From Marsupella aquatica (lineage: Eukaryota; Plantae; Marchantiophyta): a stretch of 64,000 bases of DNA. The notes under the pieces are model-generated. The model saw only the letters and a list, made by a program, of their open reading frames with translations, did no database searches and had not been told where the DNA came from. How positions within the stretch are numbered: the stretch's first letter is position 1; each line of letters opens with the position of its first letter. Shown here piece by piece: positions 38,643 to 52,292 of the stretch. Both the position numbers and the translations under genes were made by a program. Where the stretch lies: positions 24,736,709-24,800,708 of the forward strand of contig OZ316894.1 in assembly GCA_973895155.1 (NCBI GenBank), written 5' to 3'.

Positions 38643-40821
38643 AATAAAGCTCAAACTGTACCAGTTTGGTAAGTTCGAGCACTGCTAGTGCAATTTAAAT
38701 TATTTTCCTGTAGGAAATACCATAGTGACAGCTGTTTTTTGGACTGGCCAGTTGCGACCATGATCTGGTAGAGTGACTTTGTAAGACGGTGGGGGCATCT
38801 TATAACCAAAGTGAATTGGAGCTGATAACACACTAAAGATAGTGTACTCAGACTGAAAGGTTTTTTAATCCTTTTATGGCCCCAAGGATTTGTAAAGTGA
38901 ACTGGAGCTGTATCTCACTAATGGATGGTCTCCATCCAATCTTGGATACCAAAAAATGCAAAGGAGTAGTTTTTTTTATGAGGGCGTACACTTATCACTC
39001 GGTAAACTACACTGAAGGAAGTATATGTTTGATTGACCTGCCAAATTAAACAAGTTTACATGATCAAGCACATGGGCCCTTATGAAACTTCTGTTACACA
39101 CTAGGCCCTGTGACATTTCTGTCTCGAATGATCTGGTGAGAGTTCCTATAAGGTGTTTTACATTGATATCATCACCAATAAGAGCTACTGATAAGTTTAG
39201 GGTCAACGGTGTTGAATTGAGAGACTACACGGTTGGGAGGACCCGTGAAATAGTGGTTGTTGGTGCCCAAACTGTCATGTAACTCAAGTGAAGAAAATAT
39301 TATTCATGTTTTCAGGTGTGAAGGTTTGCCATACTGTCTTTAGGTTATTTTCACGCAAGCTATGCACAGGGTTTTCACTATGTTCTGACGTTTCTCTTTG
39401 TACTTTTGTCTAAGTATGTCAGGAATCCTCTACTTTTGGCTGCTTGCCCTTTCTGCAACATTCAAAATTTGTCCAAGTGAGGAACAAAGACAACATGGAG
39501 ATAATCACTTGAATATTAGACGCTTACTCTTATGTCTAGGGTTACGACTGTGAACGTAGTTAGAGCTTACCTTAGACTGCACACTATATCTCAAATGGTG
39601 TTTACTTGGATAGTAGGAACTCAGGCTCATTGTTATGGAGCAAGTTGAGAGATAAAGAGATATTCTATTGCGGAGACTCGGTATGGTCGACATGCCTAAA
39701 CTGCAGTAAAGTTCTCATGTGTCCCCGTGGTCGTAGCCTCAATTGAGATGACCCACGTATCTCTCTGTGTTGATTACTTGTGAGTTGGCTATTTCATGGG
39801 CTTGCCGTTGTGAATGTTGTCTTTGCTCAACACGGAATACCTCCACTAAATGCCAAATGATGCCCCCGCTCCCACAATTGACAATTGACAACCTCTGAAA
39901 ACTCATAGCCATAGGCAATAATTGATTGAGAGCCGTGAAACCCTGGGAACCCACCCTAAGCCCACTTAAAGTGAAGCAAGAACCCAATTGTCACTAGACA
40001 AATTGGGCATTGTGAGCAAGTTAGATGGCTTCACTGTAAAGGGAAATCAAAACTTATGGGATTGCACTTGGTAGACAACACAAGGAGATGGTCCATCCAT
40101 GCATAACCATCCCCCGTCAATCTACATTTCTTTCCACTTAGTATTGGTTGCATAACATCTTGTCACACATTGGCACTGATTCCTTTCACTTGAAGGGAGC
40201 ATGGTGGGGGTTAAGAATCTGGCTAGTCCGGTTACACTTGGCCCCGACAGATAGGAGTGCTCTAAGTATGTTCTTCTTGGCTGCTTATCGCAAATCATCT
40301 GTGAAATGCGTTTAGAAATTTAATGCAAAGAGAAAATTGAGATTCAGTTGTAAAATCTGCAAAAATGTCTGGAGCACAGGATATGTATTGCCAAATTAGC
40401 ACCCTTGTGCGCCCCTGGCGCCCAGTCCAATGGGGAGGCGTTGATTTTTGTTTCATTTTTTCTTTTGGTTTAATATTTGATTTTTGGCCTCATAATATAA
40501 TTTAAATGGAGGAGAGCTCAAAATATAGAGAATGTTGTGAATGCAAGTATTAAAAATAAGGAAATCCTGTTTACAGAACATGGTGTGCCACAATGCCTCC
40601 AAAAACTAGAGCCTTGGAATTATGTGTATTAACACGATTTTCTTATATTTTTAATACTCATATTCACAATATTCTTTGCTGCTCCTTGAAGTTGCTCAAA
40701 TTGGCCATTGTGTTCAAAGCTCAAGCACAAGTGACACCTGCTGCTATGCTAAAAGCAGAGGCAAAGGCCTCTCCCGTCATTGCTTCCAGTAGACAAGGTC
40801 ACCAAAAAAGACAGTGATTTC

Positions 40822-41193
40822 GAGCATCTCCAATGGTGTAACCTATTTGCTTACTGTATACATTAAATCTAGCATGAATAGTTGTGTGTTTTTAGTCTAC
40901 TGTATATTGCATGGATGATATGTCAAAATGCAAGCCCAATGGTTAGTGGGTTTTCTAGTACCTCCTGACTTAGGCACTCTTGGATACTAATGATTAGAAT
41001 TTGGAGAACCCAGGAACTGTATTCAGTCAATGCCCTCTAAAGCAGTTCATATATAGATCAAGTAAACAAAAAACCCATTAAACTCACAATTGCATAGGGT
41101 TGTCCCATTGGGGTTGCTTCTTTTGTTCAGTTTTACTGGTTTTGGTCAACATAACCATACAGTAGACCAACCCAGTAACCTTTGGAGATACTC
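40822..41193. mobile_element. Tourist/PIF-Harbinger-type MITE
   Basis: TIRs GAGCATCTCCAA ... TTGGAGATACTC followed by TTA. The TIR is typical of Harbinger MITEs. Confidence 0.65.
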
Positions 41194-41587
41194 TTAATCT
41201 TTGACACTCCTGAAGTTTGTTTTCTTGGTTTACCCCCTAAATTAGTCCTGTGTATTTCAGTTCTGCGGGTAATGAGCAAACCTGCTATTCACCCTATGAA
41301 ATGCCATCCTGTGAAGTCCCAGTAATAGTCCACAGGGATAGCTAGTCAAGCTAAATTGTAAGAGGCATTGTGACTCACAATGCCCTGTAAACAAACAAAA
41401 ACAAGACACACCAGCAAAAAAAGGACAAACTGAGAAACACTCTTCTAAAGCCGTTGGATTGACTGCTACGAACGGCGCTGTTGGATGGATTACTATCCTG
41501 TACCGTAGGTCGGTCCTTGATCCCAATAAAAGGGGTCAAGCGTCATTCCCAATAACAGGGGTCAAGCATCATTCTATTAATTAATTA

Positions 41588-41942
41588 GGGCTAGGTTCCA
41601 TAGGACAGGGGCAGGGAGCCAGGGAGTACCATCACTCCCTCTGACACCCCTTGGGGCCCAAATACACAGTATTCCAAGGTGTACATAGTACTTTGAATTT
41701 ATGAATCTTGACTTTACAACCAATGAGAATGCAATGTACTGTCACTGTGCAGGGGGTGCCCCTGAGTTTAACTGGGAGTCTGTCATACTCTCTATTACCT
41801 TATTTGTACACTCTTCACTCCCTGGAAAGTCTGTGATCTTATTGGCTCAAACATGAGCACTCCCTGTAAACCCTGTGATCTTATTGGCGCAAAAGTTGAC
41901 ACACATGTGCACTGCTCACTCCCAGCCCATGGAACCTAGCCC
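41588..41942. mobile_element. MITE with 17-bp inverted ends
   Basis: GGGCTAGGTTCCATAGG ... CCCATGGAACCTAGCCC, preceded by TTA. Confidence 0.6.
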
Positions 41943-42169
41943 AAATGACAGAGGAGATTGGACGATGTGCCTGTCAATGTGCTCTCTGTGGGTTGGTCCG
42001 TTGGACTGTTCGAGTCTGATTGATTGATTGATTGATTGATTGATGGAGAGGCCAATAATTTTGGTGGAAAGGCATCGTCTGCAACACTTTGCCTGAGGAA
42101 CGACATCAACGAGCATGATTGAGGGTGGGGACATGGGGGATTGGGGCGAGATTCGAATCCGGCCTAGCA

Positions 42170-42495
42170 TCAGTGTACAGTTCGCAAGGTGCTCCCGAAG
42201 AAGTGTGGATTCACTATTTCTCAGCTTTGGATGGAGGAATCGAACTTCTATGGAGCACACCAGCATTAGTATGCAGTAGTAGGGTGCTGCCGAAGCTCGT
42301 GCTAGTGTGGATTGGCCGTTTCTCAGCTTTGGGCGGAGTAATAAAAGTTTTTTTGATGCACACCAGCACAATCATACACATTTCTCAGCTTTGGAGTGAG
42401 TAATCAGACATCTTCGATGCACACCAGCGTATCTATACAGTAGTAGGGTGCTGCCGAATCTTATGCACAGCGTGGATTGGCTGTTTCTTAGCGCA
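42170..42495. repeat. Diverged tandem repeat, ~100-bp and partial units
   Basis: TTTCTCAGCTTTGG, GTGGATT, GCACACCAGC and AGTAGTAGGGTGCTGCCGAA each recur. Confidence 0.75.
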
Positions 42496-44993
42496 ACGAA
42501 ACAAGCAGTGCACGTCCCTCCCATCACCTTAATATCAGGCACTGACAGATACACTTTGCAGGTCAGAGCGTCCCCGCTCACGGCCAGATCATTACAGGAA
42601 GTTCACACAGGGCAAAGACAGCGAGACACTAAGTTATCGAATGCAAAAGCTCAATTTCACGAAAAAAATTCGTGTTGAATTCTATCCCACCTGAGAATCA
42701 ATAAATGAGTTGGCGTGCTTTCCTTCACAACCAAGGGAAACATTAGCCTCTGTAAGGAAAGACACAACGATGGCGCTCGTGCCCAACTCCATTTGAATCT
42801 ACACTTAGGAGAATTGGATTTCAACACTCACAACCGAACGCAGAATAACTTGTCGAGTGGATTCAAATGACTACAAGCCTGCGAGTCGCTGTCGACTACC
42901 ACAAAAGTACCTGCTAGCGAAGTGTCAAGATGAGAATCTACAGCCTAGCAGATCAAACAGCGATTGATCAAAGACCCAATACCTGCTGATGGAGATCAAC
43001 AGCTGCTTACAGCCGTATCTGACAAATTCTTAAAAGCTCACATGGAAAAGCACCTCGGGTTTTACATAGGACTGCCCTTGTGGGAGGGCGCTACCAAATT
43101 CACAAACTACCGTAATCGATGCCTTGACAGCAAATGGCGCACAGCAGAGGATCAACCCAAAACCGGGAAGGTTCAACCGGTACCGGCTCTTGTTGGAAAT
43201 AAAGTTTTCCTCTTAACCTTCCTATCTGTTCTGCACCGGATCCTCTTGCCCTCCGGCGCATCCGCTTGAAAATCCAGTTGCATTAGATCTCTCACAAAAG
43301 CTTGATGCCATACCGCACTACAATGCCCCGATGATGAGGAAGTGAGATGGATGTTTGACTGCGGAGGTCGGGGTAAACCGATAACTCAATCCGCGCTGGC
43401 CGTGTCTGTGTTAAGAAGATAACGGAGTACCTATCCGTCGGCCGGTAAGCTGACGTCAACAATTTGTTATAGCGCTTCGGATTGATTTCTGTTGCAAGGT
43501 GTAGTTTCGTCTTTCTCTCTCTTCCTGACGATGCACGTCGTAATGCGGTTCTTCTCTTCTGGTCCATTCCGATTGAAGATTTGGTTCTCGACCTTTGAAT
43601 TGCTCTTTTGTCGGATCAATTTAGAATCGGAGGCATTTGGATATCCGCTTTCTTCGATTCGTTTGAGTTGCCCTCAGGGTGGTGTAGTTTGCAGTTCCTG
43701 ACTGGCTTCGGTGAATGCATTCCTCCAAGTAGCCTATTCGTTCTCTAGGGAAATCCATTATCCGGGATCGGGAGGTCTTATGTGCGTGAGCAGCGTTGTA
43801 AAATGTGAGATTACCTGTGTCTTGATACAATCCGCAAGTTATTCTTTAGCAGTGGCTTTCGAGTTCTGCGCATTAAGCGGGATTAAAGTAAGTAAGAAGT
43901 CCTTTCAGTCGGTAAGACACGCACCGCCATAGAATCGTCCATCCCGTTTCAGGCGAGATTGTGTCTATCCCTTGTCGTTCGATCCAATCTTAGCAGGCCT
44001 CCCTTTCTTTCGACAGATGCTCCCGGAAGAGATTGTGCTTCCTTCGTTACCAATCGACGGACTGGTAAATGATTTGTTTCCATTCCTCATTATTGATTCT
44101 GTTCGATGGAAGCGCTGCGGAAAACTGATGAAGACATTGGTCCTTTCACCGTTACAACTCCTTGCATTTCTTTACCGTCAAGCTGATTGTCTCTTCCGTT
44201 CGCTATCATCCTTCTACTTCTGCTCATCAATGCGTTTTCAATTCTCGATTTTGGGTACCCCTTGTGAAGGCATATTTAGAAAATTTCACCGCATTTTTGT
44301 AGTATATTATTGCACGGTTGTCAAAGAAGGATTTCCCTTGACAAGCTTCGTCTCCGGTTTAGGTTAGGGAGGAATCCGGATCACCTCGACTTAATTGAAT
44401 GACGCACATTGTAGCCTTTGTACATTCTCGAAATTTTGGGGGTTTGAGAAGCGCAGTAGCTGATTACGGTCTGAAAAGGTTCGACGGCAGCGTGTTTCCC
44501 TAGATGTTGTTTGAGGTTCCTGCGAACTGGTTGGAAATTCTCCGGTCCTGTTTTGCCAGAAATCTGATGATCACGTGCTCTTAAGGACATTTCTTTGACT
44601 CTCCTGTAAAAGCTCAAAATTCGTGATGTGACCGCCCTGATGCTATGAAGATTGTTTGTGAGAACTTTGTAATTTGTATCCGTGTTCTTCCTCAAGGAAT
44701 CGTCGTCTGCTTGCGGAGACGAATGTATGTTTAGTACAATAATGTATCCGCAGGCTTAGATTAAAATGGATCCATTTTGTAATAAACATCGTTGGGTTGT
44801 TTTCTCACATTGTAGGCTATGAGCGAGGAATTGGGTCGGCCAGTTCGGAACTGCCAGCGATAAATGTCCTGTGAAGCGGGGACGAGGATCGTCCAACGGT
44901 TTGTTTTGCTGTAGCGTATGGTGTGTTTGATTAAGTTACTCTGGAGGGCTCGCTTGCTGTCAGGTGTTCATGTGAAACGAGGAGCTTAAAAGG

Positions 44994-45989
44994 ATGGAGT
45001 TCCCAAGGCGGTGCCCCACAAATAACGTCTTGTGTGTGATAATTTGGTTCCTGTTGACATGGATTGCTGTGGAACACATCTTCAGTTCTGGAAAGCAAAG
45101 TTTGGGCCTGCTACCGGACCGGACTTACGAGCCGCAGGGGTTCAGGATACAGGCAGCGGAACGGACACAGGGCAGAATGTGCGATACAAGGGATGCCCAT
45201 TTTCTGGACGATATAGAGGCCGATATGAGCGCGGAGAACGCCTGGAGTCAAATGAAATGGATAGGACAACCTGCACTGTGTCCAGTACGAGGGGAATTGA
45301 TCGAGCGATTAGATGATGTCAACAACTTTAGGAGAGGTTACAGCCTCAGATTCTCTGGCAACGTAGAGGACAGAATGCACATTTTGCCCTGGCTACTGGG
45401 CACCAAAGTAGATTTGAACAAAAGGAAGAGAAGGGTGTTTCTGGACCTAGGCTCGAATAGTTTCTCATCGAGCCTTCAATGGTTTCTGCGAATGTATCCA
45501 TGCGACTTCACGGAAATCCACGCGTTCGAGGTGCTCAAGGACCTCCTCAAAATTCCAAAGCCTTTTGACGAGGGGAGCAACAGAGCAGCTGAGAATCCGA
45601 ACTCGCGAAGAACAAAGCAAACGCCCGGGATTCCTGGATGGATGCTGAAGCGGATCAAAGTACATAACAAACTCGTCTCCGATGCGGATGATGCGATGAC
45701 CAATTCAGTTAACATCACCAGGTTCATAAAACACGATCTGAAGCTCCAAGCAGAAGACGCCGTGATTGTGAAAATGGACATCGAGGGGAGCGAGTGGCCG
45801 ATTTTGCAACGGTGGCTGAACGATCCGGAGATGGCCCAAATTGTGGATGAGATCTTCGTGGAGGTTCACTACAACCACGCGAGCATGTACAATTTTAACT
45901 GGTATAGATTCAAGCGCGCTAGGACTGAAGCGAAAAGGCTTCTCGCGGATTTAAGGTGGAAAGGATTCTATGCCCATTCCTGGCCTTAA
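44994..45989 (+). CDS. FkbM-like SAM-dependent methyltransferase-fold protein with N-terminal membrane anchor, 331 aa, single coding exon
   Basis: Long ORF with a hydrophobic N-terminal segment (VLCVIIWFLLTWIAV) and FkbM/Methyltransf_21-like motifs VFLDLGSN, IHAFE, VIVKMDIEGSEW, VDEIFVEVHY. Confidence 0.78.
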   Translation: MEFPRRCPTNNVLCVIIWFLLTWIAVEHIFSSGKQSLGLLPDRTYEPQGFRIQAAERTQGRMCDTRDAHFLDDIEADMSAENAWSQMKWIGQPALCPVRGELIERLDDVNNFRRGYSLRFSGNVEDRMHILPWLLGTKVDLNKRKRRVFLDLGSNSFSSSLQWFLRMYPCDFTEIHAFEVLKDLLKIPKPFDEGSNRAAENPNSRRTKQTPGIPGWMLKRIKVHNKLVSDADDAMTNSVNITRFIKHDLKLQAEDAVIVKMDIEGSEWPILQRWLNDPEMAQIVDEIFVEVHYNHASMYNFNWYRFKRARTEAKRLLADLRWKGFYAHSWP

Positions 45990-47189
45990 AACCCAACAAA
46001 AACTTCCCAACAGTCGTCATGGCTATGGAAGCCACTCAACAATCATGAATATTTTTAGGCAACAACTTATTGTCCATAGTGCAGGCAAATTGCTTGCTTA
46101 CGCTATAAAGGTCGCAAAGGAGTCAGTATGGACCGGCATGAATACAGCTTACACGTACACGTTAAATACATTAAAGAGCATGTGGCAGACTGAAAATCCG
46201 AGAGGGGCGCAATCGTACGAAACTTTCTGACGTGAAATTTATTTTTCTATATTTCTCATTCAATCTGCTCTTCTTACAAAAGCTGCCAGTGGGTTTCCCC
46301 TATTAGACGAGTCTCGAGTGCTCAACGTGCAAAGAGTGAACACACCCAGGCACGGGACTCTGTCTTTCATCGGTCGTGAGCCATGTGATGCGAAATGGTG
46401 GTGTTAGTCTGCCAAGTCCAGGCTAGGTAGATAAACGGGCGATGACGATCTTTCTGTGTGGCCTCTTCTCTACGCTGAAGCTCTAGGATTGCTCTGCTCC
46501 GGTGTACAGTCACAGCTCTGCCAACATTATTTTGCGAAATGCTGGAAGAGGAGTGGACTACCTTCAGTACTTTTCTTCGGGGTCTTGTGTCTTTGATGTA
46601 ATGTGAAGTAATGTGCAGGAACTCGAAGTTTTCCAATTTCTTGGTTGAACAATTTCTTTGTGCCCATCTTCTTGAATCTACCGTAGCTCTGGTCAGTTAC
46701 AGCTTGAACTCCGTAGTAATTGCTAATGGGCGGCTGATTTTCCAATTCGATACACTGTATTTGTATTAAAAGTATCTTTGGGAGGCGGGTCCTGCCTCGC
46801 GCATCGATCTGGCTGTGAAGCTGACGACTGATAATGCCAGCTGCTGGAGAATGGAGTCCGCTGGCCAAGGGGCGAGCATGAACTTCTGCAGTAGTTCAGT
46901 AGGGACTTGATTATGAAATGATTGTGTTGTATTAGTGGACAGTGCGAGTTGCTGATCTGAGCTTCAAAACTGTCTTCTTCATCACGATCTGCATGACATG
47001 ACTTGATGTGAATTAATTTAATAGCCAGGTCCTGACACAGAGTTAAGTGAGCTGCTACGCTGTCCAACAGAATTAGTGTAAGTGTGACACCAAAATAACA
47101 GAATTAGTGTAAGTGTGACACCAAAATGAGTGTGCCTCACACTAATTGGGGAACAAATAGTTTGTTTTAATCAGGAATTACATTAATTA

Positions 47190-47400
47190 TGTTGCAACTA
47201 TCTTGTAAGATTTCTTTTAGGACTGGCCCTACTATCACCAGATTCGGCACCTCTCTCTACTTTATCTCTACCGCTATCTTAGCAGTCCATCTTAGGTCCC
47301 TGGGTCCCCTTCGGTCCCTCTCTCCGTTACTTATAGTGGCACCTCTTGTTTAGTCTCTTGCAGCAAGATAGACCAATAGCTGCTACCACCAGTTCCATCA
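47190..47400 (+). repeat. 5' LTR (211 bp)
   Basis: Matches the 3' LTR apart from substitutions and a ~21-bp indel. Confidence 0.93.
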
Positions 47401-50400
47401 CATGTCTCAGCACTCACTCGTCACTGGTCTCCCTGCTCTTCCACGTGTCCAGAGAGTCTGCGACACCTGCATGGTGACTAAGCACCACCGGGAAAAAATC
47501 CCCAAGTACTCCACTATGCGGACCTCACGACCTCTCGAATTACTCCACACCGACCTCTGTGGACCCATTCGCGGTCCTGCCTCAGAAAAATACATTCTCA
47601 CGTTGATTGACGACTTCACCAGATTCACTTGGGTCTATTTTCTCACCTACAAAAGCAAAACCTTTGACAAGCTCAAAGAATTCAAACTCTTGGTGGAAAA
47701 GCAATTCAATCTTAGCATCAGTTGCCTACGTTCTGATCGAGGGGGCGAGTACCGGTCGACTGACTTCCTCACCTTCTGCAGTCAACATGGCATTTGGCGT
47801 CAATTCACCGTCGCCCCGACCATCGCTCACTCCCCACATCAAAATGGCATTCCTGAATGCAAGAATCGGACCCTTCTTGAAGCCGCACGAGCAACACTCA
47901 TCAGCTCTGGTATTTCTCTTCATCTCTAGACTGAAAGCATCCGCTCTACTAACTATCTCCAGAATCATTCTGGAACTCATGCTCTTCACCAATGCACACC
48001 GTTTCAGGCTATCACCGGCTCCAAACCGGATCTCAGTCATCTTCACATCCTCAGTTGCACGGCTTACGTTCTGATTCCTGCTTCCCACCAAACCAAACTT
48101 GGCATAAAGGCCATTCGCACCACACTTCTCGGCTACGATGACGAATCTAAAGCTTATCATTGTTATGATGCAACTCGTCGCCGCATCCTTATATCTCGCG
48201 ATGTTACTTTTGATGAAAATACTATGGCTGCCTCCCACCCCGACCCCACTACTGTCATCAATCTCTTTCACTCAGTCCTCCTTGATGACCTCGCCAGTGC
48301 TCCACCAATTGACGACATCCCACCAACATTTCTCCTTCCCGAACTTCCAGTTCCAGAGAGGGCTCACATTAACGTGCCAGCTCCAGAGCAACTTCCAGCT
48401 CCAGAGGGGGCTCACATTGACGCGGCAGCTCCAGTGGCTTTGGCGCCAGAGGGGGCACTTCCAGTCTTGGATCACATTCCTGATATTCCTGATAATCCCC
48501 CACCAGCTGTTATCCCTCCAGCTACTCGACGCTCACTTTGAACTCGTCAGATCCCACCCTAGCATCACGATTATGAAATGAGCACGAATCTCGTTGAAAC
48601 TACTGGACCTGATTGCGCTAAACTCACTATTGCAATGGTGTTACAAGACCCAGAATGGGTCAAAGCCATGCAATCTGAGACCAAGTCTCTTATTGACATG
48701 GGGACATGGGATCTTGTCTACCTGCCCGCAGGACGCAGGGCACTTATTGCTAAATGGGTCTTTCGAGCCAAACCTGACTCAACTCGATTCAGACTCAAAG
48801 CACGCCTAGTCGCCCGGGGCTTTGAACAAAAATTCGGCATTGACTACAACAAAACTTTTGCGCCCGTGGTCAAATGGTCCACACTACTGGCCATTATTGC
48901 CCTCGCTGTTGCAAATGGCTGGGAATTACACCATATGGATGTCATCACCGCCTATCTCAACGGGACTCTCACTGAAGAAATGTACATGCAGCAACCACAA
49001 GGCTTTGAAATTCCTGGGAAAGAGACAATGGTATGCAGACTACGAAGGTCCCTCTATGGACTCAAGCAATCTCCTCGTGAATGGTACAGCGAGATTGACT
49101 CACACCTTCGAGACACAGGATGGACACCCAGCCCTTGCTGACCCCAATCTTTACTTCTGCCATTCTGAGGGCGCTATCATAATTCTCATGTTATATGTTG
49201 ACGACCTTTTGATTCGGTAGTGATCCACAGAAAATTGCCAATATCAAAATTCATTTGAAAAACAAATATCAAATGAGCAATCTTGGCTTAGCTCAAAAGT
49301 ATCTTGGGATCAAATTTTTTCACACTCCCACCAGCCTTATGCTTCATCAAACATCCTACTACCAGGAATTAGTTAAAGAATTTGCCATCACCGACAGTGC
49401 ATCTATTCCTCTGCTTGAAGGACATGATTTAACTTCTGACACTCATACTACTTCATTTGATCCCACTGCCTATCGTCACGCAGTCGGCAAACTCATCTTC
49501 CTTACTCATACCAGGCCAGATATCTCTTATGCCGTAGGCATAGTAAGTCGGTATATGAGCTCTCCCCAAACCAAGCATTGGGAATCCGTTCAACACATTC
49601 TTCGCTATCTACACGGCACTACAGATCACGGCCTCACTTTTCTCCGCTCCTCCACGTCTACCAACCTGCAAGGCTTCACCGATGTTGACTTCCTAGTCTG
49701 TACCGAAACCAGGTGCTCTCGTGGTGCTTATCTACTTCAACTCGCTAGCGGGCCCATCTCTTGGTCCAGCAAACTCCAAACAACAGTCTCTGACAGCACT
49801 ACCGAAGCTGAATACAAAGCGCTTTCTATAGGGGCAAAAGAAGCAGTTCACATCCGCCACCTCCTCACGGACCGAAATCAATCCTACCTACACTCTCCAG
49901 GTACCCCTTGCCTCCTCTAACTCTGTCATTCATTCTGATCTAGCTCGCGCCTCCACACCTACCTTCGCCAATGTTCACCTCTACTGTGACAACCAAGGCT
50001 CGATCAAATTAGCTAGAAATCCCGTCTTCCATGCTCGCACCAAACACATTGAAGGGAAGCACCACTTTATTTGGGAACGAGTGCTAGAGGGGGAAATCAC
50101 CTTGTCCTACATCAATACAAACAAAAACCCAGCCGACATTCTCACAAAACCACTTCCACGACAGAAATTTGAGAAACACAGATCCTTTATTGGAGTAAAA
50201 TCCATTTCTGACATACATCTCAGGTCTCCCTGATACTATCATCTACTCTTTACTCCCTCAAAACCCTTCTACACCTTTTCGCCCCAGGAAATACTCTGCC
50301 TCTGCTAGCGTTCAAAAACCTTGGTGACAATTCTCGGGGTATCCGACCACCTCTTCATTTGCTTCTACCCAGGTAGTATATATCCCTGGCCTCAACCCAC

Positions 50401-50769
50401 TGCTATAGCATAAAAACGACGTTTATACATCATCGGCATCCGTTGCTACTCTCTTCCACCGACTTCTCCTGGGAGAACCTGCATCTCCACTGGTACACTT
50501 GGCCGATGCACAACTGACCTCAACGGCACCATCGGCTGCATCATCTGGGGTGTCCCATCCGCCTTCAGCTTGCCAGTTTTCTCCCGAGCATCTTGCTCCC
50601 GTATCTATCGGGCCAATTTTCCACAACCTACATACAACAAGTGACAAATCTGCGCCAACACCCCAAAGGTGCCACTCACCAGCATTACCAGCCCCTTACG
50701 TATCGTCATCAACTTCATTCGACTGGTCCCTACTGCTCTTGGTTTTCTTCTTCCTTACTCGAGAGGGGG

Positions 50770-51001
50770 TGTTGCAACTATCTCGTAAGACGTCCTTTAG
50801 GACCGGCCCTACCATCACCAGATTCGGCGCCTCTCTCTACTTTATCTCTACCGCTATCTTAGCGGTCCATCTTAGGTCTCCCGGCTCTGCCGTCAATCCC
50901 CTGGGTCCCCTTCGGTCCCTCTCTCTGCTACTTAGAGTGGCACCTCTTGTTTAGTCTCTTGTAGCAAGATAGACCAATAGCTGCTACCACCAGTTCCAAC
51001 A
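50770..51001 (+). repeat. 3' LTR (232 bp)
   Basis: Follows the PPT, ends CCAACA and is followed by the TSD AATTA. Confidence 0.93.
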
Positions 51002-51959
51002 AATTAGGTCTGTCAAGTCACAATATTGACTGGCTTCTGAAAGTTGTGAAAAATCTAGTAGACAATATACTGTAGATACCAGAAGGGGAAGCATGATTCC
51101 AATATTCAAGATACTTGACTATGAGGCTCACTGCAATATTAGATATTTGATGACAGTTCTTACTTTGTACTGGAAGTCCACATTGCTTAATGCTTTCCCT
51201 TGGAGACTCTGTCCCTTGTCTCTCGGAGACCCTTGTCTCGAGCTTGCCCTCGAGATTGGCTGTCGTCCTTAATAAGATCAGGTCCACATTCTTTAATGCT
51301 GTCGCTTGGAGATCCAGAGCCCAGAACATTACAGTACCCCTTGCCTCCAAACAGATTGTCAGCTCCAGTTAGAGGGCTATTGAATGTCACTGATTCTCAG
51401 TTTCATACCCTCTACTCTATGTACTTTTTCTCACTGTGCTTAAATAATATTTAAGTTTACTCAACAACCTTGACAGTAATTGTAACAAAAGTGATATAGA
51501 GTCAGGTCAATTCTTCAAGTCATTGTTGGCTTCTGCAAATGCACTCGTGGAGCTTTAAGCTGCTGCTGGGTTAGAGACTGTTGTGGCTGAATGTACTGGT
51601 AATCTTGGAGCAATGTGATGTGAGCGCTACAGTTAGTATAACTAGAGTGTGATTTCATATGAGGTGCAATTAGAGTGGCACCAAAATTAATGTGACTCAC
51701 ACTATTTCACGTGAGACAGTAAACATTAAGGGCTATGCAATTATAGTCTACCGTGTCTAAGTGGAGGCTCCCGGGATGACAACCCAAGCCTGCAGTTATC
51801 CACGTTATGTACTTCATCATAAGTGCATGTTGCACTTCTCCATAGGTGGCACTTTGCAATAAGTACATATGAAATTGCTTATTCCACTTTCACAAATGTC
51901 TTGTCAGGTCATACCCATCTATTTCCCATACCCAGAATCCTTGTAGTGCAAGATTCAAC

Positions 51960-52292
51960 TCTATTCATTAAAAGTGTATTTTATTTTGTTCACCTTTAGG
52001 CCTCTAAATGTTCACTTTTTGGTCTCCAAATGTACACTTTTTAACCCCAAAAAGTACAATATAGTATATTACTCTACACCTAAATGATCAATTGTAAACT
52101 TGAGGGTGCAAAAATGATCTTTACTAGAAGGAGTCTCATCCTAGTTCATTTACAAAGGATGAACATGGTGGTACATTTGATGGCAAGCATCTTTATTTTT
52201 TGTCCAATTGTACACTTTTTGAAAGCCAAATGTACACTTTTTGTTACCCAAATGTTCATAAATTGAATAATAATTCACTTTTAATGAATAGA
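51960..52292. mobile_element. AT-rich MITE with 17-bp inverted ends
   Basis: TCTATTCATTAAAAGTG ... CACTTTTAATGAATAGA, with internal CCAAATGTACACTTTT repeats. Confidence 0.65.

Larger units (their letters stand above)
47190..51001 (+). mobile_element. Ty1/Copia LTR retrotransposon, internally deleted (no PBS/gag/protease), degenerate pol
   Basis: LTRs TGTTG...CA at 47190-47400 and 50770-51001. TSD AATTA on both sides. PPT GAGAGGGGG at 50761-50769. Domain order integrase (CDTC, LHTDLCGP, LRSDRGGEY), RT (KARLVARGF, LYGLKQ, LYVDD), RNase H (SSTTEAEY-like, CDNQ, RTKHI, ADILTK), with stops and frameshifts. Confidence 0.96.

Noticed and set aside
46367-47067. Overlapping minus-strand ORFs next to the Copia element (interrupted gene?)
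   Set aside because: No recognisable homology or consistent frame.
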